A stretch of DNA of 63,720 nucleotides, the filler included, from Octopus bimaculoides (Eukaryota): the NCBI RefSeq assembly GCF_001194135.2. It is 7 parts of 5 records of this genome, joined end to end, with 100 filler letters (N's around TTAATTAATTAA, not from the genome) between each part and the next. Parts side by side here need not be neighbours in the genome. Positions count along the whole stretch, not along the records: positions 56,556 to 61,537 come from NC_068983.1; positions 61,638 to 63,720 come from NC_069004.1; 5 more parts are not named here. One strand, 5' to 3'. The notes under the pieces are model-generated. The model did no database searches, had not been told where the DNA came from, and worked only from the letters and a program-made list of their open reading frames with translations. Shown here one piece after another: positions 60,340-63,720 of the stretch (its first letter is position 1; each line of letters starts with the position of its first letter). Position numbers and translations under genes: made by a program.

Positions 60340-60549
60340 TTCAAATTTTGGTACAAGACCAGCTATTTCGGGAAAGGGGATATGTCGATTACATCGATCC
60401 CAGTGCTGAACTAGTACTTATTTTAACGACCCTGAAAGGATGAAAGGCAAAGTCGACTCAGGCGGAATTTGAACTCAGAATGTAGCGACGGGCAAAATAC
60501 CGCTAAGCATTTCGTCCGGCGTGCTAACGATTCTGCCAGCTCGCCGCCT
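60340..60549 (-). mobile_element. Family A SINE
   Basis: Same motifs; ends ctgccagctcgccgcc. Confidence 0.85.
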
Positions 60550-61537
60550 CAGCTCGCAATAATTATTGGTCAATATAGATTATAATCTATCAAAAACGTC
60601 GTTTTTGATTGTATTTATTTAACCTCAGGTCAGCTTTCCTCGATCAGGCCTATGATCAATGATATTCAAACCACGACCGTCCTGTCATTTTGTATATCTA
60701 TAGTTGAGCATTTCTTTTTTGTTTTGTAAGGTATGATTTGGTAATGATTTAACTGTTATTTCTAGCAAACCGAGTGGCTATATAAATGCTTGTTCGTTGC
60801 GATTTCTACCGGTGGTAATATTACGGTAAACACGGTAAATATGCAGATATATTTAGAAGGTATAATACGTTTATAAAACAGTAATATTCTGCTCTGATAA
60901 ACTAATTTGACAGTAACTTGGAAATATAATTCTAATTAGGTGGCAGCTCAGGGAATTTTCGTTGTACTCGAGAAGTTTTGTGTAACTCTAATGTTTAGGT
61001 ATTTTGTAAAGTGTGGCTGGGGTGTTTGTTTTTTACCCATGACAGTAAGAATATAACACATTAAGTAAAATGTCTTATCATAGGCATTGATATAAGGTAA
61101 TACGATAAAAATGAACGTACAATAAATGGAAGCAATAAAATATGTTTATACAAAATGATTGTCATTTGAATAAAAGTAATTGTAACAATATTATAGAATT
61201 TTAAGCCAATATATCATAATATTTATAAGAATCTAATAAACAGTACGCTATGGTGACTACAAAAACAGAGAAAGGAAAGATAAATTATAGCTGAAAACAA
61301 AGTAAGAGACATTTTGTTGCTTTACACAAACAAAATTTGGTCTAACATGGCGTCTTTGGAGAAAATGTTTGTAATTTATCATAATAGTCAAGTATAATGA
61401 TTTACTGATAAAATGTGAAAAAGAGGGATGTTTTTGAATCATTGTCCCATCGCTAGAACTCGTAAATAATCCGATATCTTTGAAGAAATTTTACAAGGTG
61501 GCGTACAATAGTAATATATATATATATATATATATAT

Positions 61538-61637
61538 NNNNNNNNNNNNNNNNNNNNNNNNNNNNNNNNNNNNNNNNNNNNTTAATTAATTAANNNNNNN
61601 NNNNNNNNNNNNNNNNNNNNNNNNNNNNNNNNNNNNN
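61538..61637. other. Artificial 100-bp scaffolding linker
   Basis: N44-TTAATTAATTAA(61582-61593)-N44. Confidence 0.95.
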
Positions 61638-62202
61638 ATATATATATATATAATAAAAGCAATATACACAGAAAATAGCGCAGGCCGAACGTAATATTAA
61701 CAACTGTACATATGTGCATGTGCGTGTCTGTGTGTGTGTTTGCTTGTGTGCTTTTGTGTGTGTGTGTGAGTGTATCTGTATGCGTCCTCACATGTGCACT
61801 CATCTAGAGAGATTATTATAAGACAGCAAGTGAAACCGAATAGACCATAAGGAAATGAATAATTGAAGAAAGAAATGAAATTATAAATACAATAAATGAA
61901 TAACTGTACATAATTTATTGTTTATGAAATGCCAATATTTCTTTTATCCACTTGTTAAAAGCTGAGAACATTACAGTTGTTTAAATATCATTTCCGTAGC
62001 TTATACTGGATGATAATACGATAGATTCTGACGTAAATGTTAAAACGAAAAAAAAATTAAAAAAAATTATATCTAAAATTTATATAAAAATAAAATGTAT
62101 ATAAAATGATAAGAATAAAAATAGTTAAATAAAACGAGGAATAAATAATCCTGAGTTTAATAAGTGCCAACACAAAAAAAAATCTCGGCCCTTTATGTCT
62201 CT

Positions 62203-62338
62203 GCAGGAGTGGCTGTGCCGTAAGTGGCTTGCTTACCAACCACATGGTTCCGGATTCAGTCCCATTGCGCGGCACCTTCGGAAAGTGTGTTATACTATAG
62301 GCTTTGTGAGTCGATTTTGTAGACGGAAACTGAAAGAA
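62203..62338 (+). mobile_element. Family M SINE head, running into a gap
   Basis: gcaggagtggctgtg...ggattcagtcccattgcgcggcacc...agacggaaactgaaagaa. Confidence 0.8.
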
Positions 62339-62914
62339 NNNNNNNNNNNNNNNNNNNNNNNNNNNNNNNNNNNNNNNNNNNNNNNNNNNNNNNNNNNNNN
62401 NNNNNNNNNNNNNNNNNNNNNNNNNNNNNNNNNNNNNNNNNNNNNNNNNNNNNNNNNNNNNNNNNNNNNNNNNNNNNNNNNNNNNNNNNNNNNNNNNNNN
62501 NNNNNNNNNNNNNNNNNNNNNNNNNNNNNNNNNNNNNNNNNNNNNNNNNNNNNNNNNNNNNNNNNNNNNNNNNNNNNNNNNNNNNNNNNNNNNNNNNNNN
62601 NNNNNNNNNNNNNNNNNNNNNNNNNNNNNNNNNNNNNNNNNNNNNNNNNNNNNNNNNNNNNNNNNNNNNNNNNNNNNNNNNNNNNNNNNNNNNNNNNNNN
62701 NNNNNNNNNNNNNNNNNNNNNNNNNNNNNNNNNNNNNNNNNNNNNNNNNNNNNNNNNNNNNNNNNNNNNNNNNNNNNNNNNNNNNNNNNNNNNNNTAAAA
62801 AAAAAAGAATTTAATTACGGATCGAAATCCGACAAATAAAGATATAAAATGACATTGAAATAAGCCAGAATTAAGTATAACGTATTTGCTACGTAAATAT
62901 CAACGCCATTAAAT

Positions 62915-62951
<37 letters not shown>

Positions 62952-63064
62952 TACTTATTCTGCAAAAAACCATTTAGTATTAACGCAATTATATAACGTA
63001 TTTTTCCCCTCTGCTTCTGGGATCAGAGAAGCTAAAATAAAAAAAATGTAAAGCAAAACAAATC

Positions 63065-63240
63065 GTGGGGCGGCAGTCGATCAGATCGATTTCAGTACGC
63101 AACTGGTACTTAATTTATCGACTCCGAATGGATGAAAGGTAAAGTCGACCTCGGCGTAATTCAAACTCAGAACGTAAAGACAAACTAAATACTGCTAAGC
63201 ATTTTGCCTGACGTGCTAAAGGCTGCCATCTTCCTGCCTT
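63065..63240 (-). mobile_element. Family A SINE
   Basis: actggtacttaatttatcgac...aaagtcgacctcggcg...ctgctaagcattttgcc. Confidence 0.75.
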
Positions 63241-63685
63241 ACCACGTTTGGTAATATTGTCCAGAGTAAATTTTGTCTACTTTCCAGAACTCTGTTATGA
63301 TGGAGGTTGCTAGTAAGCATTACGATTGCTTAAAATAACAGTCAAAACAGCTCGTAACCATGTGAGAGCATTTTTCTAACGACTGATATATGTGTGTACG
63401 TATGTCTATACATGCACATAAACACACACAAATGAATACAAGTATGCACATACATACTGATATAGGCATGCACGTATTCACAAATAAAGGGACAATTTCG
63501 AGAAGTCAAAACATTCCAATATAAATGTTAAAGTATGTAATGGACAGACTATACAATAGTTCAAATGTTGTTACAGCTATAGGCTTAATATGCAAAGATA
63601 GGGAAAAAGCTCGTAATCACGTAGAAATCATCTAAACACATCTAAAGAAACCATGTAAATGTATGTATGCATGTATGCATGCAGT

Positions 63686-63720
<35 letters not shown>

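Overview
Repeat-dominated, AT- and microsatellite-rich eukaryotic (metazoan) genomic DNA. The SINE repertoire and repeat landscape look like an octopus/coleoid cephalopod genome; that is an inference, not verified. Six artificial 100-bp linkers (N44-TTAATTAATTAA-N44) show the window is stitched from separate pieces, so long-range adjacency is unproven. The only host-gene evidence is one internal exon on the minus strand (9368-9536) with clean splice signals and a DSGHGCSE motif like protocadherin cytoplasmic tails. Everything else recognisable is transposon-derived: a near full-length dead Tx1/L1-clade LINE (2835-7245), CR1-like, RTE-like and Hero-like LINE fragments, a Naiad-type Penelope-like (GIY-YIG) fragment, a split Helitron helicase, several mariner/Tc1/Tigger/piggyBac elements and MITEs, about 25 SINE copies of 4-5 families, and a 29-bp minisatellite. 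The most interesting signal is a set of hammerhead-ribozyme-like motifs in small non-coding repeats. The best is at 2629-2671, two transitions from a fully paired minimal type I hammerhead. These come with a fold-back derivative and a ~773-bp terminally redundant repeat carrying interleaved inverted repeats and a permuted hammerhead core. Together they suggest Penelope-LTR/retrozyme-like non-autonomous families. All identifications are by eye; element boundaries without TIR/TSD support are approximate.
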